In this document: positions 61,976 to 64,000 of the stretch, one piece after another
How the letters are laid out: the number at the start of each line of letters is the position of its first letter
How positions within the stretch are numbered: the stretch's first letter is position 1
Source of the DNA: Blepharisma stoltei ATCC 30299
Lineage: Eukaryota > Protista > Ciliophora
Direction of reading: 5' to 3'
DNA length: 64,000 nucleotides
Assembly: GCA_965603825.1 (NCBI GenBank)
Contig: CBFDEM010000004.1
Coordinates: 949,439 to 1,013,438, forward strand
Translations under genes and position numbers: made by a program
Notes under the pieces: model-generated
Database searches by the model: none
What the model was told of the DNA's origin: nothing
Seen by the model: only the letters and a program-made list of their open reading frames with translations

Positions 61976-64000
61976 GTAGGGTGTTAGGGTGTTAGGGTGT
62001 GTTAGGGTGTTAGGGTGTTAGGGTGTTAGGGTGTTAGGGTGTTAGGGTGTTAGGGTGTTAGGGTGTTAGGGTGTTAGGGTGTTAGGGTGTTAGGGTGTTA
62101 GGGTGTTAGGGTGTTAGGGTGTTAGGGTGTTAGGGTGTTAGGGGTGTTAGGGTGTTAGGGGTGTTAGGGGTGTTAGGGGTGTTAGGGTGTTAGGGTGTTA
62201 GGGTGTTAGGGTGTTAGGGTGTTAGGGTGTTAGGGTGTTAGGGTGTTAGGGTGTTAGGGTGTTAGGGTGTTAGGGTGTTAGGGTGTTAGGGTGTTAGGGT
62301 GTTAGGGTGTTAGGGTGTTAGGGTGTGTTAGGGTGTTAGGGTGTTAGGGTGTTAGGGTGTTAGGGTGTTAGGGTGTTAGGGTGTTAGGGTGTTAGGGTGT
62401 TAGGGTGTTAGGGTGTTAGGGTGTTAGGGTGTTAGGGTGTTAGGGTGTTAGGGTGTTAGGGTGTTAGGGTGTTAGGGTGTTAGGGTGTTAGGGTGTTAGG
62501 GTGTTAGGGTGTTAGGGTGTTAGGGTGTTAGGGTGTTAGGGTGTTAGGGTGTTAGGGTGTTAGGGTGTTAGGGTGTTAGGGTGTTAGGGTGTTAGGGTGT
62601 TAGGGGTGTTAGGGTGTTAGGGTGTTAGGGTGTTAGGGTGTTAGGGTGTAGGGTGTTAGGGTGTTAGGGTGTTAGGGTGTTAGGGTGTTAGGGTGTTAGG
62701 GTGTTAGGGTGTTAGGGTGTTAGGGTGTTAGGGTGTTAGGGTGTTTAGGGTGTTAGGGGTGTTAGGGTGTTAGGGTGTTAGGGTGTTAGGGTGTTAGGGT
62801 GTTAGGGTGTTAGGGTGTAGGGTGTTAGGGTGTTAGGGTGTTAGGGTGTTAGGGTGTTAGGGTGTTAGGGTGTTAGGGTGTTAGGGTGTTAGGGTGTTAG
62901 GGTGTTAGGGTGTTAGGGTGTTAGGGTGTTAGGGTGTTAGGGTGTTAGGGTGTTAGGGTGTTAGGGTGTTAGGGTGTTAGGGTGTTAGGGTGTTAGGGTG
63001 TTAGGGTGGTTAGGGTGTTAGGGTGTTAGGGTGTTAGGGTGTTAGGGTGTTAGGGTGTTAGGGTGTTAGGGTGTTAGGGTGTTAGGGTGTTAGGGTGTTA
63101 GGGTGTTAGGGTGTTAGGTGTTAGGGTGTTAGGGTGTTAGGGTGTTAGGGTGTTAGGGTGTTAGGGTGTTAGGGTGTTAGGGTGTTAGGGTGTTAGGGTG
63201 TTAGGGTGTTAGGGGTGTTAGGGTGTTGGGTGTTAGGGTGTTAGGGTGTTAGGGTGTTAGGGTGTTAGGGTGTTAGGGTGTTAGGGTGTTAGGGTGTTAG
63301 GGTGTTAGGGTGTTAGGGTGTTAGGGTGTTAGGGTGTTAGGGTGTTAGGGTGTTAGGGTGGTGTTAGGGTGTTAGGGTGTTAGGGTGTTAGGGTGTTAGG
63401 GTGTTAGGGTGTTAGGGTGTTAGGGTGTTAGGGTGTTAGGGTGTTAGGGGTGTTAGGGTGTTAGGGTGTTAGGGTGTTAGGGTGTTAGGGTGTTAGGGTG
63501 TTAGGGTGTTAGGGTGTTAGGGTGTTAGGGTGTTAGGGTGTTAGGGTGTTAGGGTGTTAGGGTGTTAGGGTGTTAGGGTGTTAGGGTGTTAGGGTGTTGG
63601 GTAGGGTGTTAGGGTGTTGGGTGTTAGGGTGTTAGGGTGTTAGGGTGTTAGGGTGTTAGGGTGTTAGGGTGTTAGGGTGTTAGGGTGTTAGGGTGTGGGT
63701 GTTAGGGTGTTAGGGTGTTAGGGTGTTAGGGTGTTAGGGTGTTAGGGTGTTAGGGTGTTAGGGTGTTAGGGTGTTAGGGTGTTAGGGTGTTAGGGTGTTA
63801 GGGTGTTAGGGTGTTAGGGTGTTAGGGTGTTAGGGGTTAGGGTGTTAGGGTGTAGGGTGTTAGGGTGTTAGGGTGTTTAGGGTGTTAGGGGTAGGGTGTT
63901 AGGGTGTTAGGGTGTTAGGGTGTTAGGGTGTTAGTTAGGTGTTAGGGTGTTAGGGGTGTTAGGGTGTTAGGGTGTTAGGGTGTTAGGGTGTTAGGGTGTT
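61976..64000 (+). repeat. Telomeric array (TGTTAGGG)n / (CCCTAACA)n
   Basis: About 2 kb (~250 units) of the 8-mer, G-rich strand running 5'->3' towards the window end. This is the heterotrich (Stentor/Blepharisma) repeat. Confidence 0.98.

Noticed and set aside
61976-64000. CRISPR array or satellite interpretation of the terminal repeat
   Set aside because: There are no spacers. It is an 8-mer G-rich telomeric unit in the expected orientation.

Overview
This window is the end of a eukaryotic macronuclear chromosome from a heterotrich ciliate, most consistent with Blepharisma. Three features in the sequence support that call. First, about 2 kb of (TGTTAGGG)n = (CCCTAACA)n telomere closes the window. 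Second, TGA is read as Trp: it sits at invariant Trp positions in VPS13, Myb, a zinc knuckle, a methyltransferase and an AGC kinase, while reconstructed genes end in TAA or TAG. Third, there are 15-16 nt GT-AG introns with an invariant A six nt from the 3' end. The supplied ORF track therefore fragments many genes. Re-reading gives about 38 protein-coding genes, including a dCache receptor, REEP/HVA22, prohibitin, ZCCHC10, a DHHC-like protein, METTL21-like, CWC25, CCT, CAP, SAM, RCC1, a ~3,035-aa VPS13, jacalin, YAK1, CRT10-like, R2R3-Myb, TBC1D23-like, an AGC kinase, ABCB, a beta-helix CaaX protein and a hybrid histidine kinase. A gene-sparse subtelomere carries B-box-like/coiled-coil genes with Kelch or TPR ends and truncated fragments. 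The most unusual observations are a 69-nt Pol III-type tRNA-like gene with a 5-nt anticodon loop, an orphan dCache receptor with a complete amino-acid-binding motif, a VPS13 with an internal rather than C-terminal PH domain, and modular TRIM-like subtelomeric genes. All family calls come from motif recognition by eye; no database searches were run.
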